Shown piece by piece: positions 41,101 to 54,106 of a DNA stretch of 64,000 nucleotides. Origin of the DNA: Oculina patagonica (Eukaryota). The DNA is taken from positions 12,214,001-12,278,000 of the forward strand of contig NC_135760.1 in NCBI RefSeq assembly GCF_052425735.1, read 5' to 3'. How positions within the stretch are numbered: the stretch's first letter is position 1; every line of letters starts with the position of its first letter. Position numbers and translations under genes: made by a program. Under the pieces are notes generated by a model. It searched no databases. It was not told where the DNA came from and saw only the letters and a list, made by a program, of their open reading frames with translations.

Positions 41101-44100
41101 TGAGAGTATCGCGTTTCGACAAAGTACTTTTAGTGACGGCGCTTTCGAGTATTGTTTGTACAACACTTGTTGTCACTTCGTAATGGCTTATATAATAAAA
41201 CAACAAGCACCAAATCGTTAGAAAATTACGTGTAAATCGATAGCGTGCAGAGCGTGCCGTGATAAATTACACGCAAAATAACGGCTTCAATCTTCAGACA
41301 TTTTCTTTCCATTGAAATTTTTGTACGGAACGAAGGGCATTTTACTGAAAACTAAAAATAGAAGCTGGCGTCGATTGAAGGACGTGGGCAATATAAATGG
41401 AAATGATTAGTTTCCCTGAGCGACGTAGATGCGAGAGGAATATGTGGAATTTATGTTTTGTTTTGTCGCAAAAGACCGCTACTTCAAACAATGTAGAGAG
41501 TGTCGATTTTAAAAAGCAAACACATAAATTTTATTCAGAAACTTTTATCATTGTTTTAGTGGCTGAAAAAACGGTTTGACGTTTGAATGTGGCCAAGGTA
41601 CGCAAGGAGTATAGAATAAGCGTTTAGATTATTTCGATGACAAAAAGTTATTAATGTGAATCGTACCTGGTGCAAATGATTCGAGCGGTGAGCTTGACGC
41701 GTTGTTCTGCGGCCACCCTTGACTCTCTCACTCATAACGGTGGCTTGTTAAAGTCACACAAACACTGAACTGAACTGAAACCTCGCAGTTTCATGTTTCA
41801 CAAATAACGGAGCTCTTTCTCTGCCAGATGTTTTTCCACACAAAGATCTACCCCGGGAGTCTCTGTTAAACAGTTGCATTCAGAAGTCCGAAGAGAGCTT
41901 AAATGAGATCTTCTTTAAAGTCTATACGAGACCAAGGTTGCCATCTCGAGCCAAAAGGTTGAAGAATTTAAAGAAGTTTGTTATATCAATCGATCACTCA
42001 ATCATGACACAGCCGAGGCGGTTGATCACAAGGTAAATACGATGTTTTTTGAACGGAAGTAATACGTAGGAAGACGTTTGAACCAAAGTCGCCGCAATTC
42101 AGTTGTATTCATTCGCGCTAAGTGGAATAAATGTCCTGACTCATTACCGAATTTTTCAAAAGTATCCAAAGCATTAAAGTCTCTATTCGCACCAGGCAAA
42201 CAGCTCGAACAAACGCATTTATCAGCTAAGTTCTGTCTAACTTCTCAAAGTGTTTATCACCTAATTCCAAAATGATCCATTGCTGAGTTAGCTGTATTTT
42301 GCTTCATTGGCTTTGAAGTCGCTTTCTACTTCCCTTTTCTTTTCAGTGTTTGAGCGACATGCCAATACTCTCAATGGGCAGCCGGAAAACACTTTGTTTC
42401 AACAGACAAATGCTTACGACTTGACTTGAAATTCAAGTGCGTGACAAAATTGCTCGAATCTATCGCCTCGGAGGCATCTTTAAAGACGAGTTTGACACAA
42501 TCGATAAATTAAGAGGGATTCTTCAAAAAACCGTAAATATTTACCTAAGGATTACCAGCCGGTCAAGGGGTGTCACGAGAAAGCATTTGAGTGTTTGTAT
42601 GTATGTGCTTGCCGCAAGAAGAGGGAAGGGGAGGAGGTTTACAAGGGCCGACAACTCCACTCACATTCAGACACAAATGACGCACACAGCTTAACAAGAG
42701 GCAGGTAGAAAGAGGAGCAATACAAAGCTGAGAAGCGGTTTACAACAGGAAGTTGCTTAAGTGTTTGTCAGGGTAAAACAACAGCGGAATTTTCAGATTT
42801 TTGCCTACTAACCTTTCGTGGGATCTTCGCCGGCGGTTTCATCGACCCGCAACTGTAATCAGCGGCCGTCACATCGCGGGCTCCTATAATATCTTGAAAC
42901 ATGCACATGTTCATCTTGAAAAAGAGGAAAATTTTTACTTCTTATTACTAAAATTTTTGTCGTAGATTTTTTAGTTAAGCGCTTTTTGCCTATTTAGCTT
43001 CACTGAACATTACCAGTTCTGCAATGCCGCAGTGGTTTCAATTGATGTTTTTTATATGAATAGGAAGATTGGTCAGTTTGCTTGTGACCGACAGTTTTGT
43101 CTAATAATAATTATTCTGTACGTATGACCATTCAACGTGGGCGCGTGGCTTACCTCATGTTTTGATACTTAATATTTATAACAACTATAATATTTTTAAG
43201 GGCTTGGTCAAGTATGGCTTCTCAATTAAAAAAAGGTAAAATAAAATAAAGTAAAGTAACTAAAGCTAGACAAGTTGCATAATACAGAGAGCATCTTTTT
43301 CTATAATTCAGCTATTAAATTAAACTTGCAATGAAGAACCCTGTTGTAATCAGTGGGCCCTTCGCAGCTAACGGTTTCATAGCCTGACAATATTCGCCAC
43401 GCTGGAGAGCAAGCTACACGCCGGGAAAACAAAGCGACTTCAAGCAGTCAACTTTGACTTTTCTTCGGTTTTCAGGCCCGTAACTAGACCTTTACCATAG
43501 ACGAGGCAAGAATTTGTTACGGGGCTCAGGGGGCATGCCCTCCAGAAAATTTTGAAATCTAGAAGCCCTGAAAGTCTTTCAGAGACATTTTTCGTAGGTA
43601 TTTCTTGAGAAAAAACTATCTTGTTCATCTAAGGTTATCTTCCCAACAAAATATATTTTTTTGTTTCAAGTTTAAGTAATAATCTAGACGAGGGAAATGC
43701 CTCGTCTTGCCTCTTGCTAGTTCGGCCCAGTGACGTCCCAGTGCGTAGCTTGCTCTCCGAGCAAAGATAGATTTTGTGCCATGTGACCATTAGCTGCATA
43801 AGTCCCATTTCAACCTTTCTGAAGTGCCTGCCACAGAATAAGGGTATTTGAATTTTCAGCTACAAACGTTTCTGCTGACTCGATTTTATGCTCTGAAATT
43901 TGAGAATATAGAGCGGGAACCTTACAACTATCGCATCTTGTTGACAGAAGGAAAGGTGCAACATGACATCAACATTTCGAGAAAGGTAGATTTGGAAGAA
44001 CAAAAATTATGCGAAATCTGCTAATGACAACTATTAAGGGATATCAGTCTTCATGAACACATTCATGTTGTATTTTTGCAGTAGACGGCTAAAAACTGTA

Positions 44101-44393
44101 CCCGAAGTTGTATGACGCAAAGCTTCAGACCTTTCAATTTTCAAATCTTTTGCCGTTTACGACGTTTTCGTTGTCGTCGATGTGATATTTTGCTTATACC
44201 ATAGCTTTGTCGTGTGACGGAAAATTGAGCAAATATTAACGTTCTATTGTATATAGGCAACAGGGTAAATGATTTAACCAAAATGGTATTCCTTCTTTTC
44301 CACTGTCCGTGAACTGAACTCAGTGAAGATATCAGTGAAATTACCGTGTACTGATCTGTTGCAGATCAAATTGGTTTTTAGGTTAAATCTCTA

Positions 44394-44807
44394 CACTAAA
44401 AGTATAGTTGATTGTTCACATGCAAACCATTTTCAGGTCGCAATTCACTTGTTTTTTTCACTGGTTTAGTCCATATAGCTGGATGTATTGTAGTTTAAAT
44501 TGGTTTTCAGGGTTTTCAGGTTAAATGTTTTCAAGTTAAATCAACTTAGCTTAATCGGTTTCAACCTAAAGATAACAATTTACTGGACTTCCTTTTAATG
44601 AATTCAAGTTATTTTTTCCATTGTAAATATGTTATCTTCAGGTTGAAGCAGATTACTCTAGGTTGGAAACATTTAACCAAACCCTGAAAACCAATTTAAA
44701 CTACAATATATCCAGCTATATGGACTAAACCAGTGAAAAAAAAAACAATTGAATTGCGACCCAAAAATGGTTTGCATGTGAATAATCAACTATATATACT
44801 TTTAGTT
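44394..44807. mobile_element. Foldback MITE with CACTAAAA end (EnSpm/CACTA-like)
   Basis: About 120-bp inverted arms (cactaaaagtatagttgatt...ggttttcaggg / ccctgaaaacc...aatcaactatatatacttttagt). Confidence 0.7.
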
Positions 44808-46899
44808 TAAAGTCTTAAAATTGAAAAAGTGTTAAAGTGCTTTAGCGTTGTCATAGAGAGTAGGTTGAATCACTACTGGCTGTCCTTTAGCCGATCATTC
44901 AACCAAACTGCTATTACAACAAGCATGAAAATAAGAAAATAAAATCGTCAACCGACAAATGACTGTAATTTTAATCGTAAACTCTTAAGCAGGATTTAAA
45001 CGAACTTTAAACAACAAGTTATCACTGATTTTCAGGTTCCAGCCATCAACCGGCTTAAGGTCACCTGCAACCCTCGCCTCCGGCACACCTTAAACTGACT
45101 AAGTGGAAGTTGGGGTGATATGACTTTCAAACATCAAGACTGTGCTGCGCTCTGTTATGTACTACCGTCTTTTGCTACCATTAGTCAGTTTTTCTTTCTT
45201 GAACCATACAGTTTTGTGTAAGTATCACTTTTTACCACTGATGAATGGCTAAGCCCCAAACGTTTCCAAGGGTTTTTTATGAACTTAACTTGGCACTTTA
45301 AATAACGTTTATTCTCATTTTTCACAATTACAAGTGCCATGCAGCAAACGAAGATTCTTCTTTCAAACTAGTTTTTTGTATACCGTCACGTACTTAGCTA
45401 TTGTTTTTGTCATGGAACCTTTTTAATGACATTCTTGTTGTCGTCCTTGTCACGGTGTGGATTGCTATCAACAACCCCCTATTTAATCCGGCAAATCTTT
45501 AAAGTGTTAACATAACTGAACCTTCGAACTGCACTGCGCAACTACAATATTTTAACTTTTAAAGGATAAGGATTTGTGTTCCGGGACTGCTATTCTTTGA
45601 GGGGAGTGGTTGTTTATAATTTTACTGATATTTCCCGCAGGTCAACAAGTAGCTACGAGTGGTCTAAATGTAAAAAATAACGTGGTTGAGAGCAAAAGGT
45701 GTACGTTTGAATGCCTTTAATTACTTGTTTGCTGCGGTTTGCTGGCATTTGACAATTGGCCAAGCTTTTATTTGAAAATCAACCGACAAATGGCTCAACA
45801 TTTAGCTGGTAAAATCTCTACCCCGCCGGCTATCCAACTTGAAAAATGACCCATTTCTACTCCGAATCTAGACGAGAGTGGTCATCAAACGTACAGGACC
45901 ATACAGGGGCCAGAATGAGAATAAGCAGGGGAAATGACCATCTCTCACCATAGAGGCAAACTGTCTTGTTATTTTCAATAAATTCTCCCAGCTAATACTT
46001 CGAAAAGTATATGAAGATCTATAAGTAAAGAGAATTTTGATTTTTATACTGAAATTGGCGCCTTAAAGGGTTTACGTGCTATGAACCATTATGTTGGAGT
46101 ATTGCCTAAATAGGAAACCAATAATCGTTTCTTATCGCCTTTAGCGATTAGAACTTAAGGACTGAAAGTGCAAAATATTTACTTATCTACTTAAATTGTT
46201 TTTTAAACTGGCACTCAGCCTATTTCACGGTTTATTTATGGTTTCTATATTTATGCAGTTTATCGCTCAATTCCGAACGATCTTGATGTCAATATTTCAC
46301 TGAGGAGTCAACTGGGTCAAAATCGGCAAGATTTTTATGAAAATTGTGAAGGCGTGATGAACACAGTTAGCGCTTTGTTAATTTTCCAACTATTACGCCA
46401 AGGCCAAAAAAAGAAAGAGAGAGACTTTAAATTTTCGTGCGCTCTCGGTGACACTTGCATGCAACCTGCGTGCACTGCCGTAACCTATCGTGCACTTCTG
46501 AATGTAACGGGTTTTTGAAATGCTTCTCGGAAGAGAAGAGCTATTTTTGACACTTACGCTTAAATAATAAGAGCAGTCCCGTATTTCCCGCTACTCCATA
46601 ACTCAACGAACGCCAAGAACAGGTTACGAGCTACCAATGAAATCAGGGCCACTGTTGGAAAAATGAATTTGTCGAAGGATCGCACGTAACTTTAAACTTT
46701 TAGCCGAGTAAATTGTTTTTTATATATAGCATTTTTAACATAGTAGACACAATAATATTTTTAGGTAGTTTACATTTAGATTTTGATTTTTTTACATTCT
46801 TAGATTCTTTTTGTTTTCTTTTATTGTTATTTTAGTGGAAATGTAACTAGCATTCTAAGCAGTGTTTCCCACTTTAAATAAAGTATTGATAGGAGAGCC

Positions 46900-48260
46900 T
46901 TTGTCATTTTTCTGCAAGGGGAGGAATGGGGTTCCAAAATTTATCTTTGTCACGGTGGGAAACATAGCAGTCGCAGTCCTTTTCAATCCTAAATTAAAAG
47001 TGTCGGTTGAAAACATACTATAAAGCGAAAACAAATAGTCTGTATTGAGGATTTTACATTTCTATGTGCTAAAACTTACCATGTGCTAATACTTTACCAG
47101 CTCCTAAAATTTGGAATTCTCTCCCAATATCGATCACTGGTTCGATTAGCTTTTCTTCCTTTAAAAAAATAATGATCGAATTTTTAATGAAATGAGACTG
47201 AATTGACCTAGCCGCACATCCAAAACTTAATTACTAACATATTGCTAACCGTGGTGGCCTCCCCTATAGGCCTGGTGGTTTCATGGAGGTCACCTCGCCC
47301 TACCATCATGTTATTGCTGTAAAAGTTCGATTCTAAAGTGGCTAATGTAAAATGACAATGATGATGATGATGATGATGATGATGATGGTGGTATATTTGT
47401 GCACCGACTGATGATGCCTACGCACAAAGAGCAAGAACACTACTCGAGCGGTTTCCCGGGAAATATCATTGTGGGAGGGGATTTTAATTGCCCACTCACA
47501 AACGACAAAGAGGAAAGTCGTGATACATCTTTTAAAAGAGCGAATAAAGGAGATCTAACATTGGACTCATCTTTTATAATTAGACGACGTGTAGATGACG
47601 TTGCATTCAAAGGAAAAAAGAAATCACTTGGCGAACTCAAGATTTGAAAATGAAATGCAGATTAGACTTCTGGCTGATAACAAAAACAACTTTTGCAGAA
47701 ATCCCTCATGCACAGCTATTTCTTTAAGGGTGCGCTGCACTGCGATTATTGTTTGCTAACAATGGATATTTACCTGAATCGGGCACAGCACCCTAGAGGA
47801 ACGGATTTCTGGAAATTCTCCGTTCAGTACAAGGATGAATTACCTGAAAAGGTCGCTTTGTTGAAAACAAAAGACTTTATAGGAAATAATCAAAATGGAA
47901 GTTCGAATCTATTCAAACAAAAAGCCAAAAGTTTCAGGATTGACATGGAAACCCGTTGTAAGATACCCAGTGAGTTCACTGAAAAAGTAGTTGCGAGCTG
48001 CATAGCGCCAGAGGTTAATGTAGAGTAAGTATGACGGTCTTAAAAGAATGTACCAAACAAATCGTTCCTTCGCGACCGATCCTATAGCGCGTGTGTGCTT
48101 TCAAACGCCCGATGGTACGAATTTGGAGAATGAAGTTCCAAGTACCCTCTCAATCTCGAGAAAAGAAATTATGAAAATAAATGTATCACCATTTTGAGCA
48201 AAAACGACAGAAACACTATAGTGGAAATAGATAACAAGCTCTCCTGGTCAAATCCTGACC
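46900..48260 (+). pseudogene. Decayed L1/Tx1-clade LINE ORF2 (APE endonuclease region)
   Basis: Frameshifted motifs in the expected order: EWGSKIYLCHG, NIIVGGDFNCPL, RLDFWLI, RGTDFWKF, ARWYEFGE*SSKY.LNLEKRN. Confidence 0.75.
47085..47390 (+). mobile_element. 3' end of a CR1/L2-type LINE inserted in the Tx1 remnant
   Basis: KIWNSLPISITGSISFSSFKK...* followed by a 3' UTR and a (GAT)n tail. Confidence 0.6.
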
Positions 48261-48368
48261 ACATACCACAGTAAAAATCTGTACTGAGAAAGTGTCTTCT
48301 GTAACAATACGTTTTATGGTTAAGTTTTCGGACGCGTTTTTGCCCACCACTTGAGTGCTTGACAAATA

Positions 48369-48845
48369 CAGTAGAACCCCTATTAAGCGGCTACCCTCGG
48401 GGAAATAGCAACTGGCCGCTTAGTAAAGGTTGGCCGCTTAATTGGGGTTCGTTAGAAAATAAGGCTTTTTAGAAAGCCGGTCGCGTTAATTTCAACATAA
48501 CATAGCGTGAAAAGGAGTCATGGAATCACATAAGACGACAATTTTCCCGTGTTTGAGTGATTTTATCTGCCATCACTTTCTCTTTTAGAGTCTTGTCTGT
48601 CCGACCTTGTTGAAAACAAAGCCAAACATTGTATATTCCATTCTTGATGGCCGCTAAATAGGGGCAAAAATAATAGTTGAACGCTCATCGGGAGAAAAAG
48701 GTGGCCGAGGCCGCTTACTAGGGGTGGCCGTTAACAAGTGTTTTTTTTACAGTATTAAACTAAAAACAGTGTCGGGACTTTAATAACCGGCCGCTTAATA
48801 AGGGGTGGCCGCTTAACAGTTAGCCGCTAAAAAGAGGTTCATCTG
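48369..48845. mobile_element. Tc1/mariner (pogo/Tigger-like) MITE
   Basis: TA|CAGTAGAACCCC...GAGGTTCATCTG|TA with repeated GGCCGCTTAAT subterminal motifs. Confidence 0.8.
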
Positions 48846-50983
48846 TATCTCAGCTAAAAGCTTGGGCTCTTGACGGGTTGAGTGGATAATGGTTTGGCAA
48901 ACAGTGACCTTCACTGTTTGTCAAGCTTTGGAACTCTATTTGCTTTCTTTATTGTAGAGTAAACGTCGTCGCACTTTGCACTAAGGCTCATCACAGCTGA
49001 ACGCCAGGTAGTCGAGGTAATCATTAAGGTGATCGATTTGCAACAGTTAACGGGTTTTTTGTGTACTGTCCTAGGTAAATACAGATGTCTTTTGCTATTA
49101 ATGACTAGTACAAAGGAAATGTGATGTTCACGAAAGAAAGTTTTTTGCGGAAGATTGATGGTTTTTCCAAAACATAGTATTCTCATTGGCTGAGTTATAA
49201 TTTATAAAAAAAATCCCAGTTTAACTTTTAGACGTTTACATTGAGGAATATGAAGGAAAAATATAAAAGGTTTTATTTGAATTGCAAAGTCTATGACTTT
49301 CATGTTTTGATGGACCATTAACCTATTTGCTAACTTTAGCAGGTGTTCTTTTCAAATCATTTCTTAAAGTAAACTTCTGAGCTGTAACTATTGTAGCTAT
49401 AATTGTTCGAATATTGTTTATCAGCGCCTTTAGTCTATTCATGTTGTATAAGGGGCTTTTATGGCGATTTAACTCAATGACTTAGCGGGGAGTTGCCCAG
49501 CTACCTTCATGGGGCTTTTTATATCAAGTAACTCTAAAGTATCATCAAGGAACATGGTGTTTAATGGTGATCTTGACTCACTCGCTTACAAGATCTACGC
49601 AAAGTTATAAGGAAAAGGACAATTGCCATAACGAGTTGTAGCCAATAGTATTTCGACAACTCAAGCTTGTCTTCCGTAAGCTAAGCAAATAGAGGAAATT
49701 CTAAGGATAGTACTTTTTACGTCCTTTTAAAAAACCTAGAGCTCATTTCTTATTCGATGGCTTTGTTTTAAAAACAGGTGCAAAACACCTACACAACTAG
49801 CTTTACGATAACAGAAGGTACGGGTTTCAAAATCCACCTTTTTACCGAAAATGCCCCTAATAATGTGTATATTCCGTATTTTCTGGTTCTGAGATAATTT
49901 CTGAGTTGCTTTCCTTGGGCTTTCCTTATACTGAGTTCAGTTTTTTTTTTCCTCTCGTGACACTTCTGGGATAGGGATGATTAAGGCGGGGGGAAACGTG
50001 AATTTAATTGAAATTTTAAGAGGTGTTAAGAAGGGATTGAAAAAAAAAAAGAAATATTTTTGAACACCACCAGACAAATGACCACCACGCAAGAGCACCC
50101 CAGGTTGGGGACTGTTTTGTGTCCGTCTACTAATTTTTAATTTCAAATTCTAATTTTTTAAAATCACATTAAATATTAATACTTCTCAAATTTCTCTAAA
50201 TTTTACTAATCCTTTGAGAAAAACAATCTCCCAAAAATCCCCCAAACATGTAAAAACATGAGCATAGCGTTTTGAATGAATTGCATAAAACGAGAATGAG
50301 ATATTTGAACCGGTGGATAAACGGCCTTCTGGTGTACCCCTGCCTTAAGAAGGTGAGGCCGTATGTTAGTGTGAATACACTCTAAATTAGTCTTGCCGAT
50401 TTGCGATAATGTCGGAAAAAATTTTTTTTTTTGGTAAAAATAGTCCTTTTTTATTTTCCCTTTGGCCAAATCACCCCCAAATAAACAAAAAACTCCATCT
50501 TTTTTTTTTTTTTTGGGCAAAAAAAAAAAAAAAATTTTTTTTCCGGCCAAAAGGTATGAAAAAAATTTTAAATAAAAAAAAAATGGTTGTTATGATAGGA
50601 AATGCAATTCATAGTTTTAATATATCTTAACACGCTAACGTTGCCAATAGAATCCACGGATAATTTTCCTAGATAAGCCTTGTTATTGTTATTAAGATTG
50701 ACAACTCGCGAAAATAAACTACTCGACATTGAAACATGACCGATTTTGATTCTTACTTGCTATAGAGTTTAGTATATGTTATCGTTATTATTTTGCTGGA
50801 CACCAGCTCAAGTAAAAATACATTTAATTTTTTAATTCACAACTGTTAAGCGTCTAAATTCTCCTAGCTGTTTTTCATTCATCTTCTATAATCTCCTTGG
50901 GAGAATTTGCTTTCACGTTGTCCTTTGTACTTCGGATAGCTTTGTCAGCGGTTTACAACATTATCTTAACATCCCAGGCTGCA

Positions 50984-53900
50984 TCAGGACTTATGAGCCC
51001 GCTGTTTATGGTGGACAGCGTTATGATGAGTGGACTTCTTGTTGCCGCGCTTGGGCTTGGGTTTGGCAGTGTGTTTCGATGAAATACTGTATAACAAAGA
51101 AAAACAATAAGACAATTAAAAAATCAAACAAGTGGTTCGAATAAACAACGACGACGGGGAGACGGTGGAGCAGGAGGGAGGGCTAGGAGCAAGCCATTCT
51201 TCCCTCCCCTCCGCTTTTCGGAAAAGAAAACTTAACGATTTATTTAGGAATGACATTATTTGATGATCTCTTCAGTACTCCCCACAAAATTCGACCTTTT
51301 CAAACCCTACGCATTTTAAATCACGTTCCGCTGTCCCTGCCAGGCTAATGCTTTGTTATGTGTCGATTGTTTCGTGTTAAACAAACCTGCTTTTCTTGAA
51401 AGCAGTTCCAGGTTGCGCAGCTTGAACAGTACCAGGTGTTCCCGGGTAGCCTTGCACGGAGACCTGGGGCGTAACAACTCCCTGGAGAAACAAAAGCAGG
51501 AAGAAATTGAACAAACTTTATTCCGCCGAGGTTTCTGTTATTAAGAGGCGTGCAAAAGGCAACTCGTTCTATGTAGCCTTTAAGGGGCTATGTCACGCAA
51601 TTTCAGGCAAGTGAAATATCACAATAACGGCTTTAAACTGTAGAATAACTCAAAAGAAACTCAGAAAGACCAAAAAGGGGCATAGATTGAGCGAAATTCG
51701 AAAATATTAAAACGGATCAGTTGCGTTTGGGTAAACTTGAAAAACGTCGGCCCGACTGCTCTATACAGGGTGAGATATTAGCGTGTACGTTCCAATACTT
51801 GGTGTGCCCCTTACCTGTATCTCAACTTGACCATTTCCTGGATATGTACCAGGCGCTTCTACTGTGCTCTGAACAGTAAAGCCAACAGGTACTGCCATGG
51901 GGACTGGTGACGCTGCGGGACTGGCCCAGAGGACCTGGGCAGGACTCGATGGTAAAACAACGGAAGGGGGAACAGGGACAGGCGCAGCCGCCGGCGCCGG
52001 TGGAGGGGAGCCTAGGGCTTGAACTTGAGCAGGAGCAGGAGCTGGGGGCGAAACAGGAGGTGAAGGTGAAGAAACCTTAGGGGGCTGGGGAGGAGCTGTA
52101 TTTGGCTTGGTTGTGGCTGTATTTGGTCCATGTGTTGGAGTGGTAGGTGTTGAGGGTGATGGAGTTGTTGGACAGATCTTAGCGGCGCCAGGTGTGACTT
52201 GCTGCGTGGGTTGAACACACGGCTGGGGCTGGGCACCAGTTTGATTTTGCTTGTCCTTGACGTACTTTTCAAGCGCGTTTAAACGTTGAATCAGAAGCTT
52301 CAGTTCATTTGATTCACACTGAAAACATTCAAAAGCAAAGACAAGAGGGTCTTAGTTATTTCGAGTTTCAAACTCTTGTGCTGAGTTGCATGTAAGCTTT
52401 TATAATAAATCGATAAATCGGTCGGTCGATCAGTTATTTTATTCATAGTGATTAGCACGCTTAGCTTTCTTACAGAGATGTTATTATCTAGTTAACAGAA
52501 GCTCCTACCGCGTATGATCACATCCTGCATTCTTACGTTGATAACATTTGGGCTGAGCTGGCTAAAAACAAAATCTCCAATTTAATAATATTAAAACATA
52601 TTCACCTGTTCTTTGGTACATACTCCCGGTGCTCCTTTCAAACCCTGAATAGTAAAAATATTTTAGTCAACGATAAGCAATCACCCGGTTCTAGACCTCA
52701 CAAAAAAATACTTTGAAAAGCCGCGCTGCCAGAACATACAATAAAAGATGTAAATTAAGCCTAGTAGAAACGCCGGGGCTTTTGAGCGTCTACAAACTAG
52801 CAACAAAAACTGCACTCCCACTTAACGATTGTTCCTCGATTAAATGCGCGCGTGCAAGCACTCCTAGCTGGGTAAATATGAACGGTACGGACAACGAATG
52901 TCGTTGTTAGGAATCCTCGAAAAATGCCATTGCTGACTTTTCTTGTCTATTCAGAAACAATTCAAGCTCTTCGCAAGTTATCACGTCAGCAAGTTGCCAT
53001 AACTATCTCGTACCCAGGCGCTTATTGGGATTTTCGATCAAGCGCAAACGATTAAAAGTGCAAGGGATTAAGGAAAAGGTTAACCAGCGGAGGGAAGGAG
53101 TCTTTGCGTTTCTTTGCCCTTTCCATAATCCCTTGCTCCTCCGAAAAATCCTGCGTAGAAGAAGCGTTGCCTGGACACGACGTATTTGCCATAAGGCAAC
53201 ATCGTGTTGCTTTACAATTATTTCGACAAACGCTTCATGATCGCGGACTCGATCATATGTCGAGACACGATTCCGTCCGTGCCAGTGGAGGTACACTGTT
53301 AAACGTCTGTGTAGGCGATGTAAAGTTGTAAGACAACTGATAACTAATGGATATCTTACCGGTAGTCCTGGCGGCCCCCGCGGTCCAGGTAAACCTGGGT
53401 CACCCTGGAAAACAGAAAACAGGTTTTACCCGTTGAACAAAAATACTACAACTGAAGTTGCCTTTCCCAACGTCAGTAGAAGATAAGGAACACTTACCTG
53501 TGTGCCATTTTGTCCGCTCGATCCATCCTGTCCCTTTAACACGACTACCATGCTGTCCTAAACAAAACAAATGGACACCTCTCAAAGCATGTTAAAGTAT
53601 CAGTAAAATTAGGCTGGAGTCATGCTTTAACATGCTTGAGATTGGCGTGAACACATTTTGGCGTTCAAAAAGGGGCAGTCGGTGACACTCTTTAACTTAC
53701 TAATTTAAAGAGCCAGCGCAATTTAAGTCAGCGATGAGAAAACTCAGCTCTCGTAAGCTTGTAGTTTTTCTACTAGTCCTCTAGTGCATAGTTAGTAGAG
53801 GGAGACTATGTCTAGTGTAGCAGTTGCTTTTGTTTTTTGGGGCTAGGGGCATTGTTCCTATTGTTAATTCTATCGTTCTCTCGAAGGGTAACGAACCATT

Positions 53901-54106
53901 CATGTCAGACAAGTGACACTAGAAAATACGTTTTCAATGGAGAAATTAGTAGGTTAGCAAAATACAAATACCTCGTTCTTGGAATGAGCCAGGATGTTGA
54001 ACTTCTTAGCTGAGTGTACATCCTTCAAATGTGAATGCTTCTGGTGCCGAGCATGCTCTCTGCACGATATACCGCTGATAAGCACCAGGAGAATGGCTAG
54101 TTCCAT
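50984..54106 (-). CDS. Secreted short-collagen / coiled-coil / proline-rich protein with His-Lys-rich termini (326 aa)
   Basis: Coding exons 54106-53972, 53557-53498, 53404-53360 (a 45-nt pure Gly-X-Y exon), 52644-52606, 52318-51815, 51481-51387 and 51086-50984. All are GT-AG and in frame with no internal stop. Signal peptide MELAILLVLISGISC; 12 Gly-X-Y triplets. A 5' UTR exon donor lies at 54188. Confidence 0.85.

Noticed and set aside
49930-50600. Lys/Phe-rich ORFs in A/T homopolymer tracts (also 58570-58850)
   Set aside because: The pattern is typical of low-quality sequence, and the ORFs are artefacts.
51815-53557. Calling the collagen-like gene a minicollagen
   Set aside because: It lacks the diagnostic six-cysteine CRDs at both ends.
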